Assembly (NCBI GenBank): GCA_964252035.1
Contig: OZ176201.1
From: Podarcis erhardii
Taxonomy: Eukaryota
Length of the DNA stretch: 64,000 nucleotides
Strand: one strand, 5' to 3'
Positions 50,014-62,946 of this stretch are shown here, piece by piece. Position numbers and translations under genes: made by a program. The notes beneath the pieces are model-generated. The model had not been told where the DNA came from. It was given only the letters and a program-made list of their open reading frames with translations, and did no database searches. The stretch's first letter is position 1. The number at the start of each line of letters is the position of its first letter.

Positions 50014-50263
50014 CAGTCGCACTTTGGAAGCTTAACAGAATCCATTCTGGAAGTCTGTTTGACTTCAAAAACATTCGGAAACCAAGGTGTGGCTTCTGAT
50101 TGGCTGCAGGAAGCTCCTGCAGCCAATCGGAAGCCGTGGAAGTCCTGTCAGACATTTGGGTTCCCAAGAATGTTCGCAAACCAGAATAGTCACTTCCAGG
50201 TTTGCGGTGTTCGGGAGCCAAAACATTCGACTTGCAAGTCGTTTGGGATCCAAGGAATGACTG
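50014..50263. mobile_element. Tc1/mariner MITE with an internal 21-bp hairpin
   Basis: TA|CAGTCGCACTTTGGA ... TCCAAGGAATGACTG|TA, with an internal inverted repeat at 50091-50135. Confidence 0.85.
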
Positions 50264-51542
50264 TATTACAAAGCTTTGCAAATGAACATTTTGGGGGTAG
50301 CTGCAAACACCTCACCCAAGATTCTTCAGCTCACATAGACCTGGCATTAAAAATGAGACGACGACTCCTCCAATAAAATCTCTCAACGTGTGGGGAGAAA
50401 AAAGAGGCGAGTGTCCAGGGGAATATAATATACCAGAGGGACACTTATGATCACCACTGGCCATCTGGTAACAGCATACAAGATCCCAGTAAATTAAAAT
50501 ATTTACATTCAATATTAGTAGGTACTGAAGGGGGGACACGTTCAGGGCTTCAGAGTATGTTGCTTAACCGCATGGGAGAAAGGGTATTCGGATCTTGAGC
50601 CATCGCTTGCAACATATTTAGAATGCAATTATATTTGACAGTTTTAATATTAAATACCATTCCTTAGATAAAACTCTACACAGTTCCCAGAAGGCAGGGT
50701 CAACGTCTTCACAGAATTCCTGCAAGGCCTCAAATACACAATTCCTGGGGAATAGTTACTGACATTGTTAGTATATATGAATTATATTAACTCCTATCAC
50801 CACAGCAGTTGGTTCAGACAGTTCACAGAGAGCCATAGGGGAGAATTTTCTGTGAATAAAAAGCATACATCACACCACCAAGAGTAAGGAAGAGGCATCA
50901 GACATAGACTCATACTAGCGATTAACGTGACGCTAATAATGAAGACCCTCCAAAATGCTTGGCCCAAAGAAGATCCTAACTAAGTGGAATTCTGTGCAGT
51001 CAATATGAACCCTCTAAATGAAGGTATTTCTTGCTGAATTCTTTTAAGCCCCATTTGGATATTTATTTATTTATTTGTATGCAAGGAGAACAAAAACAGG
51101 AAGAGGAGCAAGATCACACAGTCAAGCCCTGCCTCCTCCAACACATCACCTCTATCCAATTTAGAGGCCCCCATGAGTCTGGCACAGACTCACAAAATGT
51201 TCCTGGATCAACTGAAAATACTAGTTAGGAGAGGTTCTTCTAATTTTCATGGGGAGCCTCCACAGGTGGACACCCTGCTTCAGAATTCCAGAACTTATGG
51301 AGGTCTCTAAACTGGGTAAAGGTGATTGCCTGGGCAGGGCTTGGCAAAGTGCTCCTGCTCCCTCTTGCATGTTCATTTACATGCAAGGAGAACATACACC
51401 CAAACAGGACTTTAGTTCAGTTCCTGCCCCAGAAAGGTGGGACACAGGGCAATCCAAGCAACAGAAGCCCAATCCTCTCAGAACAGGATGTCATTTGACA
51501 TGATAGTATAGACAGCTTTTTTCCCCCTCCTTTTCCCCAATA

Positions 51543-51772
51543 CAGTGGTACCTTGGTTTAAGAACAGCTTAGTTCATGAACTTGGATTAAGAACGCTGCA
51601 AACCCAGAAGTAGGTGTTTTGGTTTGTGAACTTTGCCTTGAAAGAACATGTTCCATTTCCTGTTGTGTGTGTTCCATTTGTAAACTGAGTCCCCCACTGC
51701 TATGGGAAAGCACGCTTTAGTTTAAGAAGAGACTTCCGGAACAGATTAAGTTCTTAAACCAAGGTACCACTG
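51543..51772. mobile_element. Tc1/mariner MITE
   Basis: TA|CAGTGGTACCTTGGTTTAAGAAC ... GTTCTTAAACCAAGGTACCACTG|TA: perfect 23-bp TIRs. Confidence 0.92.
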
Positions 51773-53956
51773 TACTTCAAACTAACAGGACTGAATGACA
51801 ACAGTGGCTAAATGTTTCGTGCAACATGATTGCTGGTAAGAAGCCTCATGTGCCAAAGGTTAACAGAGAAATGCCTGCAAATCTATTTATAATTGCTGGC
51901 CTCCACAAAGAGACTTCAGCTCCTACGGTCTATCAAAATGCTATTGTGTCACTGCAGTAAAATGTAATTTAGCCTGGTATATTCTTAACCATCCAAGAGA
52001 AGTATAAAATAAAACAAGGTAAACAAAAACAAAAAAGCCTATCAATCTCACAAACCTGATCTGAATGGGAATTTTGAAAACCCATTAAACATTCCATGAA
52101 ACCAATTCCTAGGCTTCCAAGTGATCTGGTGGGCAACACCAGATTATATGCCCCAGAAGCCACTTTGTTTAGGTCTTTGCTTAATAGAACCAAGAGCACC
52201 AAGATTATTTGCTCTTAAGATGCTTTCAACAGAGCAGTGACTAATTGAACATGACCAATACTTAGATATTAGGTAAGGATTATGCCATTTTTATTACTCC
52301 TGGCCCAGATGGACTAGAAGCAAAAGACTCACATTAACTATCAGCACTTGTCATGGCGACTGCTGCATCAAACCCCTAGCTAGCAAGAAGTTCTTTGAAT
52401 TACTTCTGGTTGTGTTTCCTGTGTTTGTGCTCTGGTTGCAGGGAGCAGCTGCTATCAGGAAGCAGCCTTAGCTACCTATTTACAACATGGGTGCAGAGAA
52501 AAATTGCCCATATGTGTCTCCATTTTGCTCTCTAACTTTGTTTCATAAATCCTAGGGAAATGGAATTCTAAAAGTTTACTTTAGTAGCAGGTTTTTTTTG
52601 GGGGGTGTATGTATGTATCCCCCCCTTTCCTATTTTTCCACATCCAAATGTAGAACAGCAGGTTCAACAGCAATTTCAAAAGAAACATTTCATGTTTTTA
52701 ATGGGAACATTTTTATTGGTTTAAGGTTATAAAAACACTTCAGTTTTCTAAAACCTCACTTTGAAGCCTAATTTGATCTGACAGTTGCAACATCTGGACT
52801 CAGCAAAACCAAATGCACAGGTCAAATGTTTTGTTGTGTTCCCAGATATCAGATTTGGAGGGAAAACAACAATAGAGTTCTAAGGCAGAAAAGAATTTCA
52901 ACACTGATCTCTTCATTCCTTAGACTCTCCTCAATGGCTATGATGGGACCACAACTACTAGAATAGATTTTTTAATAGTGAATTCCTCCTCTGCTTTGTA
53001 AACCAGCCTTAAAACCAGCTTTGTATTACTTAGTTTGCCAGTTTGTGTATGTTTGGCCCATAGGGCCAAAACAGAAAATTAACCCTCCTCAAACACTGTG
53101 CAGAAAACATGTATTATCCCTGCATTTCCCATAGTTTAGGAAATTAGGATAGCCTCCAACTCAAGTGAGTTTTGGTGCAGTAGACAGACATGAGCTCAAG
53201 CCTCCAAAGCAGAACAGAATGGTATTGAATTATTCTTGTAACAAACAGCTTACAAAAAGATAAAGAGGGGTTGTCTGTAGAAATACACTAGGTGCCTATT
53301 TCAGAATAAGTTGATTATTACAGCAATCTGTAGCTCTGCTGAATGTATTAATTACAAGAAACCAGAATCTGAAAAAGAATTTATAACCCAAGGACCTGAA
53401 GCCTGAGCAAGCTACAAGCTCCTAGTTTTAGCCTCTAAAGACACCCCTACCTAGCAGAGGAAAAGGCGGCTTCAACCACCACACTCTCAGACCTCTTGAA
53501 ACAAAGGCAGTTTTAGGAGGGGGCCAAACAAGAACAAGACTGTGCTTCCCTCTCCTATGACTAAAACAGCTTCATAACCAACGATACTCCCCTCGGATAA
53601 AAACAAAAAGCATTAACTCAACACATTCTTGATTATTTTCTTTGGAACAGACTCCACCAAGCAATAAGCAGCTGCTCAAGATAGCTGTGCTGCAGTCAAC
53701 ATGTATTTGCTTCACACGAGGAAAGGTCCCATACCCCACACACACACCCCGAAAAAGAATTGATCTTCTAAAACAAAACTTTCAGAAATGGGGTAGGGAG
53801 AGAGATTGCTTAGACGGATACCATGGTCAACAGGAAAACCTTTCTAGTAAACCAATGCGCAAAACCTGTAAGTGCTTGAGGAAGTTGGAGGATCACATAG
53901 ATAATTACATGCTCTATTATTTGCAACAGATCTGAGGCAGTAGAAAAATAGCTATA

Positions 53957-54188
53957 CAGTGGTACCTCGGGTTAAGTACTTAATTCATTCTGGAGGTCTG
54001 TTCTTAACCTGAAACTGTTAGCACCACTTTAGCTAATGGGGCCTCCTGCTGCTGCCGCACCACCAGAGCACGATTTCTGTTCTCAGCCTGAAGAAAAGTT
54101 CTTAACCCGAGGTACTATTTCTGGGTTAGAGGAGTCTGTAACCTGAAGCATATGTAACCTGAAGCATATGTAACCCGAGGTACCACTG
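53957..54188 (-). mobile_element. Tc1/mariner MITE, subfamily 1
   Basis: TA|CAGTGGTACCTCGGGTTA ... TAACCCGAGGTACCACTG|TA, in the same orientation as 14450-14675. Confidence 0.93.
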
Positions 54189-54217
54189 TATAGCTTCTAA
54201 GAATGTCTGATCGATAT

Positions 54218-54540
54218 GTATGCAGATTACAAACTATGGGACTTGCTGCCACAGAAAGCAGCAATGGCCCCCACTTGGATGGCTTTAAAAGAGGATTAGA
54301 CAAATTCATGGAGTGTAAGGCTCTCAACAGCTATTAACCCTAATGGCTATGCTCTGACCTCCGTGGTTGGATGCAGTATCCTCAATACCAGTTGCCTGAA
54401 TCCATGGGGAGAGGAGAGAGCTCTTGTTCTCAGGTCCTGCTGCCGGTTTCCCACAGTCATCTAGCTGGCCACTGTGAGAAGATGATGCTAGACCATATAT
54501 GCCACTGATCTGATATAGCAGGACTGCTCTTGTGTTCTTA
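54218..54540 (+). mobile_element. CR1 LINE 3' fragment
   Basis: Translates LDGFKRGLDKFMECKALNSY*, followed by the CR1 3' UTR ending TCTTGTGTTCTTA. Confidence 0.8.
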
Positions 54541-56173
54541 GCAGTTTGCGCTCCTATGTATGCCTATTCAGAATAACGTTCTGCTAAGCTCAATGGGACT
54601 TTCTCCCAAGGAAGTGTGTATAGGGTTGTAGCCTAAAAGATTAGGTCTTTATGAGAAAGGTCCATAGGTGCTTACTAATATCCTATTTTAGTGGCAACTA
54701 AGAATCATGTATATATCTGGAAGCAGACTAAATGCAATAACCGTCTCATTAATATTTGCATAGCTAGTAAGAATCATGTTTTACTAAACCTTAAAAATTT
54801 AGTCATAGGAGTTTTACTTGATAGATCTCCATAATGGGGGGGAAAACAATAATTATAATAAAAAAAAAATTAGAATTAGCATCTTTGGTTTTAGATAATG
54901 AAGCAAGAATCGTCTTAGAAGAGGTATTCCCCTTCAACACATCTACAGTTTTCATGAATATTAAAAAATAATTTAACACATTTTAAAGTCAGTGTCCAAT
55001 TAAACAAGACACCTTTTTCGTCAATTGAAATGTTTCAACTGACAATAAAATGCTACAGACCTACCTAGTTTCTAAAAAAAACTTGCATAACTAAGAAAGT
55101 GCATAAATCAATAACTGACAAGTCTTAACAATAATATTCCTTTTGGGGAAAACTATTAATATATCATTGAACTTGATCATGTCAATACCGCGTCAACCAC
55201 TTAAAATCATGCACACAAAATTACTACAGACCCTCTCAGAAAAACTCAAGTTGTGGTTTGATGTTCCAGGAACACCAACAAGGCAGAGACTGGCAGCACC
55301 TATTTATATGAAATGTATGTGTGACAGAGTGTGTGGCTATGCTTATACTCAAATCTCCACCCCTGATCTGTTGTGGCCATGAGAAATTTGGAAGTTTTTC
55401 TGTTTTAGATTAAATGAACCTAAGCAGAATGCCTTAGCTAGAGGAAAAACCCAAACTGAAACCATAGTTTATGAAACTGCTTTGTTTCAAAAATAAAAAT
55501 AAAATCAACCAGTTTAGGGCTCAGATGTACAGTAACACTAAACCGTGGCAAACCTAAAATGAAAATGGAAGATTCCAGTCTCACAACCACAGAAGGGAGG
55601 CAGAATACATGTCCCTGAAGCTTGCTGTGGTTCATCCTTGTGGTACACCGGAACCTAGCCTCTGTACATACAGGTCCTGCTTTTTTAACACAATGCTAGG
55701 CAAGTGTTCTCATAACGAGCTGACGATTTCCATTACTTCCTATGGGGAAACTTCTAATCCATGATTTCTCCCATCTCTCTCCTTTCTTCCCTCCCACTCT
55801 CCACCCTTCCTTCCATTGTTTCTGCCTGAAACTGCTGCAGTCAACCAGCAAAAGACAAAGGAAAAACTGCTTTGCTTGATCTCTCCTGTTCCAATTTGTC
55901 CAATTTTTTCTCCCTCACTCCATGGTTTCTGTCCAAAATGGTTGCAGCTGACCAACAAAACACAAACAAGTAAAGATGTGGACAAACTCTGGCTGTTTGG
56001 ATATCTGAATCAGCCATTTGCGTAGTGAGATTTGGGTATAATTGTTTATGTTCACATAACTGAGATTTTGGATGACAAGCATTCCTATAGTGGGACCTTC
56101 ATGTACTTACAATTCCAACACCAGTTTTGTTCAATACTTTGCTCCTTAAAGCCCATTTCAATAATATCTATAT

Positions 56174-56310
56174 CAGGCATAGGAAAACTCGGCCCTCCAG
56201 ATGTTTTTGGGACTACAACTCCCATCATCCCTAGCTAACAGGACCAGTGGTCAGGGATGATGGGAACTGTAGTCCCAAAACATCTGGAGGGCCGAGTTTG
56301 CCTATGCCTG
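56174..56310. mobile_element. Young palindromic hAT MITE with perfect 8-bp TSD
   Basis: CAGGCATAGG...CCTATGCCTG with 58-59-bp arms (3 mismatches, 1 indel) and a 20-nt loop. TSD ATCTATAT at 56166-56173 and 56311-56318. Confidence 0.93.
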
Positions 56311-57935
56311 ATCTATATCTTTTGGGTGATGGTTTCAGGGAATAAATATATATACACAGAGAGAGAGAGAGAAAAGAAATCTGGAGAGCTGCTCACTTTG
56401 CATTGCAAAAGAACATATAAATCTAACAAGTTGCCAAATCCTCTACCATCACAAGACTACTTCAATTACAATCCAAGAAATTAATTTGGCCGAAATGATT
56501 CTACATTGTTTGTTGCCAGAAAAATGATTTCCATGAATCTGGAAAGAAAAACTTAAGTAAAATGAATACTCGGTGCATTTGCCTTCCCCATCTCATCAGT
56601 AGTTTTTCTTTTGGCTGCTAAGCAGAATTCAAGATTTTTCTTTTCAATATAAAAATCTTGGGTCCTCAAGAGATAGAAGCATACCAAGCACATCAGAAAT
56701 GGCTAAGCCAATTATTTTTTAAAAGCTGTTTACTCACCCCCAAGAGGCAAGCCAAATTAAAAGAGCTCAGACACAAAAGCCACAAAGGGAAAGAAGCAAG
56801 TACGGAAAGGAAATTTCTACTATGAAATGCTGTTTGCAAAAAACCTTCTACAGGCTTCATGGTCCAGGACATTCATAGACACTTTTCTTTGTTTCAAACA
56901 TACATTATAAATAACAGAGGGGGAAAGACAGGAGAGGAATTTCTGATGTGGCAAAAAAAACAAAAAAAACCACAACCCCTTGACATTGGTTATTTTTATC
57001 TTGTAAGGTCACAATTCTCAACCCACTTATTACGAGTCACTGCACTGAAGTCAAGGTGACTACTTTGAAGTAAGTGCTTTAAAGATTACATCCTTCAGCA
57101 GTTCTACACATCTTCTTAAGGCTATCAGAACAGAGCTGGAAAGTTTCACACCAACACAGCATCATTGAGGGGGGTAATTTATAACGGAAGCATTCTACTG
57201 TACATTGTGTTCCTTTTTTAAAAAAATGGGTAATTTCAATATTCCCCCAGATTCTGGAGGTGGGCGATTTGAATAGACAATGTTTGATTTATTGAGCCGC
57301 AATAGTTTGGGGATATTAACATATGGCCCTGCTGGAATTGATTATTACAAAACTAATAAATTTCATATATGTTTAATAACGAACAAGCCTGAATTCTACA
57401 TAATGCAAAGTAAAAAATGGAAGCGTTGTTGTTGTTGTTTTAAAAAATAGTTTAAAACCAGATGAGCAGAAAGTGTCCTGAAATGGGAGGTTTAAATCAC
57501 ACGTTGGTTACTTAGCAGCACAAGGGCCCCTACGTGTCTGAGAACAGCAAAAATCAAGACAATAAGAGCCTTTCAAAAGACTGCTGAATATGCATGAGGA
57601 GCAGAAATCGGAAAGTTTTAATATGAAAGAGGATATGCTGAGAACACCTCTGAAGCAACACCACAAACAAAGTTCCCAGCATGATAATAAGGAACTAAAG
57701 CTGTAGTCAAGTATCTGAATACTTCAGCTACTTTCCTGAAAGCAGTCAAGGTGCATTGACAGGGAAAAATAATACTTGGGCTGAGCAAGCTACTGCCGTC
57801 CTCTGCCCAGAAACCCGATTACTTTGTATATATAAAAAGCAAAACTTCCCTCCACCCTAAGAAACTTCAATATTTTGTTTGAAGGCTCACATTTGATGAT
57901 GCTGATCACTGGCTGATGCTCATCTTCCACTAGAG

Positions 57936-58071
57936 CAGAGTTTTCCAAACTTGGGTCTCCAGATGTTGTTTGACTACAACCCTCATCACTGCTAGCTAGC
58001 AGAACCAATGGTCAGGGATGATGGGAACTGTAGACCAGAAACAGCTAGAGATCCAAGTTTGGGAAACTCTG
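57936..58071. mobile_element. Palindromic hAT MITE
   Basis: CAGAGTTTTCCAAACTTGG ... CCAAGTTTGGGAAACTCTG. Degenerate 8-bp TSD CACTAGAG / AGCTAGAG, and a loop homologous to that of 56174-56310. Confidence 0.85.
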
Positions 58072-58185
58072 AGCTAGAGTAGTTCCACTACCCACTCCCA
58101 CTAGCTTTTGTTAAAAATAATAATAGCCATAGGTTATGTCTACTTCTTCAGGCATACCTGATATAAACCTTCCATTATGTATGTA

Positions 58186-58427
58186 CAGTGGTACCTCGGG
58201 TAAAGTACTTAATTCGTTCCAGAGGTCCGTTCTTAACTTGAAACTGTTCTTAACCTGAAGCACCACTTTAGCTAATGGGTCCTCCCGCTGCTGCCTCACC
58301 GCAGGACCACGATTTTTGTTCTCATCCTGAAGCAAAGTTCTTAACCCTAGGTACTATTTCTGGGTTAGTGGAGTCTATAACCTGAAGTGTATGTAACCTG
58401 AAGCGTATGTAACCCGAGATACCACTG
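58186..58427 (-). mobile_element. Tc1/mariner MITE, subfamily 1
   Basis: TA|CAGTGGTACCTCGGGTAA ... TAACCCGAGATACCACTG|TA. Confidence 0.92.
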
Positions 58428-59904
58428 TATTATGATCGCAGGCTGCTGCTATCTTACCAACAAGCCCACCCTCCTCTTGTGGAACCTGTTTCCTGAAGAA
58501 GTCCACCAAGCTCCTGCTTTGATGAGCTACAGTAGTCTTTGGGCTCTGGCCATTTGCTGTGCAGTGTGCTGCTGTAAACAGTGAAAGGTTAGGCCCCCAA
58601 CCTGGTGCCCTCCAGATGTTTAGGACAACTCTCATAAGCTTCAGTGCTGTGGTCCAAATGCCCGGGTTGGAGAAGTCACTGTTAGTATTTGCTTCTGGTT
58701 TCATTGGATGGTTTTGTTCTGGTTGGAAAGCTGCTTTGAAAGCTGAGCAGAATTATCATTTTCAGCAGAGAAAGCCAGCCTCGTAACAAGGACGTTCTGA
58801 TAAACAGACTAATGGAGCACCACTCCAGTCATGACAAAGGCTTTAGCGGCTTCCCTGTTGCTGCTGTTTTAAAAGTCTATTTTAAAAAATTTACTTGCCA
58901 TATTTCCTGCGCTTTCTTGTAATGACTTGAAATTAACAAGCAATCCCAGGGTTTTTGTTTTAACATTAAGTGCGCAATTAGTATCCAGGCAGCATGGAGT
59001 CTTGCATGACTGAATCATTTGCCACTGTTCTCCGTGAATTACAGCCTCTCCCCCTGCCGCCCCCCCCCACAACCATTTCAAGTTAATCTCAACAATTACC
59101 CAGTTATGCCTTAGCATAAAAATAGGCTATTAATAAATCAGGGATTCAACACCATTTTACTTTTCTAATGAGAGAACAATGCCCATCAACTTTTTTGAAG
59201 TGCTGTGCACTTTTCAAAAAGTACTGTTATATGAGCTTCAGTCTAATGGTTAAGTTGAACCATTAAATTGAACATACAGACTCCAATTCTATTCCCACTT
59301 ATTTGGGGGGTAAGATTCATGCAACTCAGTGGGACTTGTGTAAAATTGCATGCCTGTTACCTAAATGACAAAATGTGACACAAGTGAATGACACAAGCAA
59401 CGCTGACACCAAACTCTACATACATTAAACATAATAGAAACACCGCCACCCGACCCCACCCCCATCCATCCTCCCTCTCCCCACCCCCCCTTTCTTTTTT
59501 CTTTCTGTTTTCTTCTCCCCCTAATGCCTCAACAAATGAAACGGATTTGTAAAAACATTACATGGAAGAAGAAGAAGGGAAAAAAAATACGAGGCACTAC
59601 ACTTCTGTAAAACAAGAAAATCCTTAATAAAAAATATTTTTTTAAAAAAAATGACAAAATGTGGCAATCCAAAGATAAGGTGACAAAAGTCTTTGAGGAC
59701 AACAATATTTAACCCTTGCAAGTGAACAAATTACTGCCTTTGTCCCTACCAAAGCAAAATGTGGATTGTCACCTGCCTTTATCTCCATTAATGTATGGGA
59801 ATCCACATGACACCCTCCTCATCCCAGTGTTGTTCCAGACCTTCCTCCTCCTCCAAAGTGGGATTTTACAATCCTGGCTGTTTTGAACTTTCCAAGAATT
59901 GGAA

Positions 59905-60862
59905 ATTTTGGCATTTATCTGTCTGGAGAGACAGTCGAAGAGTACATCATCGGGGGTAAAAGTCAAACCATTGAAGCGTTACAATGATTACTGTGGTTTG
60001 AGAGATCATACAGGAGAGACATGTTGTATTGTAGCTGGGACAGATTTAAGTATTCGGTTTTGCTGTTTCTTCTCTCTGCACTCCTCCCAGCGGTCATTCC
60101 TCTTCTGGTCACTGGAATCATCTGCAAGGGATTCCCATACGGCAAGGTTAATGTTGCAAATCTTCATGTCATGTTTGCAGACATCTTTGTAATGCATAGT
60201 TGCTCTGCCAAAGGGCCTGGTGCCTGAAGCCAGCATGTTCTTGGGGATCCTGCCATCTTACATTCTGTGTACATGACCCAAGCCAGTGTAGATGTCGCTG
60301 AGACGGAAGTGCAGACATGCTAGGAATGTGGGCTTGGAAGAGCACATCTTTGTTTGAGACTCTGTCCTGCCATGTGATGCCCAAAATCTTCCTGACACAA
60401 CAGATATGAAAGATATTGCGGCATCATCCCTGGCGGGTGCAAGTTGCCCACGACTCACTTCCAAAAAATCAGTATGCTCCACATACAACAAGCCTGTCAG
60501 ACCTTCATCTTGGTATTGGTCATTAACATCACATTCTCCCATACCCTTTTGGAGAGGCAAGCCACTACTGTAGCTGCCTTGACAATACGTTTGTCCAGCT
60601 CAGTGTTGATGGAAAGGTTGCTAGTTACGATGGAGTCCACGTGGACAAAACTGTCAACCACTTCAAGCATGTGGCCGCCAATGCTGGTATGTGGAGTGCT
60701 GGTGGCATCCTGACCCAGGGTGTTGGTCTTCATCTGGCTGATGGTGAGGCCGAACTCCATGCAAGCTTGGGCAAAACAGCTGATGAGTCTCCGTACAGCT
60801 TCCTTGGAGTGCGCTGTCAAGGCTGCATCATCTGCAAACAGGTTGCCAGGTTGAACAGACCT
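59905..60862 (-). mobile_element. Degraded RTE-clade LINE, RT-to-C-terminus fragment (family A)
   Basis: Minus-strand pieces LFNLA, FADDAAL (RT catalytic motif, 60821-60840), FAQACMEFGLTIS, ELDKRIVKAA, GITWQDRVSNKDVL, WLGHVHRM and DVCKHDMK. The 3' end is homologous to 12061-12200. Multiple frameshifts. Confidence 0.88.
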
Positions 60863-61661
60863 GAGACAACACTGGGATGAGGAGGAGTTAATGTGGATGC
60901 ACCTACATTAATGGGGAAAAGGCATGTGCAAATCCAAATTTTGTTCTAGTGTGGACAAACCCAAAGAGGTTTATTGTGGATTTGCATGCTATATTTAAAT
61001 GACACACAGACCAACAAATAATATTTGGTTTCCCCAAATCTTCTAAGTAGCACAGCTAATTCACTGCTACAAGGTGGGGGATTTTTTTCCTTTTTCATTT
61101 TTTGTTTAAATACATGACATGGAATGCCAAGATTTACATGCTATTGCCTTCTTTGTTTTAAAGAAAGGAAAATGCAAAGGTTAAATAGAGATTGGAGACC
61201 AGACTTGCCCTCTACTCACAGACCCAAACCCCGTAATCTATTCTACAGATTCTGCCAACAAAATTCAATGGAACTGCTTTGGGTGTTTATCCACATTAGC
61301 CTCATTACAAACTCTAAGCCTGAAAACTATTAAGAAATCCTACAATCTAGATCACTGCCACAGGGATTTATCATACTATTCAGAGGCAATTTTGTTCATC
61401 AACTTGCACAATGAAGTAGTTTATACTAGATTAGCAACCATCTCTCATAATGAATGTCCTGTTTCACAGCGGGGGGGGGGGGGAGAGAACAAGCACAGTC
61501 ATTTCTAAGTGCAGCTGCAATCCTGAGCAAACCATAATCAACCAATGGCCTCAGCACCATTTGTAAAATGGGAGATAAAAACTGCTGCAGCTCTCAGGTA
61601 CTAATCAAGCAATCATATTGAGCATTACTAATGCATAGTTTCAAAAGGGGCAAGAACCTTT

Positions 61662-61880
61662 GGAGCTAGTATGGTACAGTGATTAGAGTGCTAAACTAGG
61701 AACTGAGACCCAAGATTCAAATCCTGTCTCAGCCATGAAGCTCATGGGTGACCTTAGGCCAGTCGCTGTCTTTCAGCCTCACCTACATTACAGGATTGTT
61801 GTGCTGCTAAAATGGAGATGGGGAGAACAATGTGTGCTACCTTGAGATCCCCTGATATAAATGCAACAATAAATAATAAT
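61662..61880 (+). mobile_element. Old Squam3-like SINE
   Basis: GAGCTAGTATGGTACAGTGATTAGAGTG (A box), AGATTCAAATCC (B box), GGGTGACCTTAGGCCAGTC and an (AAT) tail. Confidence 0.7.
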
Positions 61881-62297
61881 TTAAAATAGACAGTGGTCCT
61901 ATGTGTGCTTACCTGGAAATAAGTTTCACTGAAATAAAATGGACTCTCTGCCAAATAAATGGGCTTGAGATTGGGTTGCCTGGTTTGCTTTTCAAGCTCT
62001 GTGTTGCTAGATGCTGAAGGCACTAAACTTATTCCTGCTGCTTTGTGTTTGCCTAAACAGAAAGAGATGTCTTCCTTTCATTGTTTCGTGATAACTCTCT
62101 TGTCTTGTTCCCCATTTTACCCTCCTGAAAAAAATGGCTTTCATTTTAGTCAACTTCTGTTAAGCTGCCAGCAGCAATCTTTTACTTCCTGTATTTTTGG
62201 GTTAACCACCATAACAGACTGTCCCAGCTGCCAGGAACTCACTATAGAACACAATTTGAGGGTTTAAGAACTAACAATGCAGTCAAATACACCTCTA

Positions 62298-62340
62298 AGG
62301 TAAAAGGTAAAGGACCCCTGGACGGTTAAGCCCAGTCAAA
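62298..62340 (-). mobile_element. Sauria SINE 3' stub
   Basis: AGGTAAAAGGTAAAGGACCCCTGGACGGTTAAG is the reverse complement of the 3' end seen at 42120-42146. Confidence 0.7.
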
Positions 62341-62819
62341 TTTGTCCACAGACAGCTACACCTCTACTCAGAAGTAAGCTTAGTAAGTTCAGTGGGGCTT
62401 ACTCCCAGCTAAGTGTGTATAAGATTGCATCTTAGGGCTGCAACACTTGCCTGGAAGTACATCCCACTGACTTAGGCAGAATTTACCCCTGGGTGAACAT
62501 GTATAGGAGTGGTCTACAGTTCACACTCTTTGGAAATATTACACAAAGGAGACAATGGAAAGTTGTTTAGGAGACTCAAAATCTCCTTTTACTCTCGAAA
62601 GTCAGGAGACAAAGAGCTGTGGTGCCAGAAGATTAATTAGTTGCTTTACAAAATCCTGTCTGAAGGTTCCAGGAGAAAAGAACTTTTCATTCTGGACTGA
62701 AACGTTGCTAAAAACCACAGACATCATTGAACAGAACAGAAAAGTGTTTTAGAAACAGCAATACACATCGCTTGGACTGGTGTGAGAACTAGAAAATGAA
62801 AACACTCAACATGTCAGTT

Positions 62820-62944
62820 ACAGATAGTTAGCAGTGTTGGTCTGCCATAGTCAAAACAAAACAAATTCCTTCCAGTAGCACCTTAAAGACCAACTAAGTC
62901 AGTTCTTGGTATGAGCTTTCGTGTGCATGCACACTTCTTCAGAT
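62820..62944 (-). mobile_element. Small PLE-derived (Neptune-like pLTR or retrozyme-like) element, monomer, copy B
   Basis: 18-bp TSD ACACTCAACATGTCAGTT (62802-62819 and 62945-62962). Positions 62853-62948 are identical to 33721-33816. CAGATA is repeated at 62821-26 and 62940-45 (119-nt period). Confidence 0.87.
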
Positions 62945-62946
62945 AC
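62909..62946 (-). ncRNA. Minimal type-I hammerhead ribozyme motif, copy B
   Basis: Minus strand reads GTAT-CTGAAGA-A-GTGTG(CATG)CACAC-GAAA-GCTC-ATAC, identical to 33777-33814. Confidence 0.72.
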
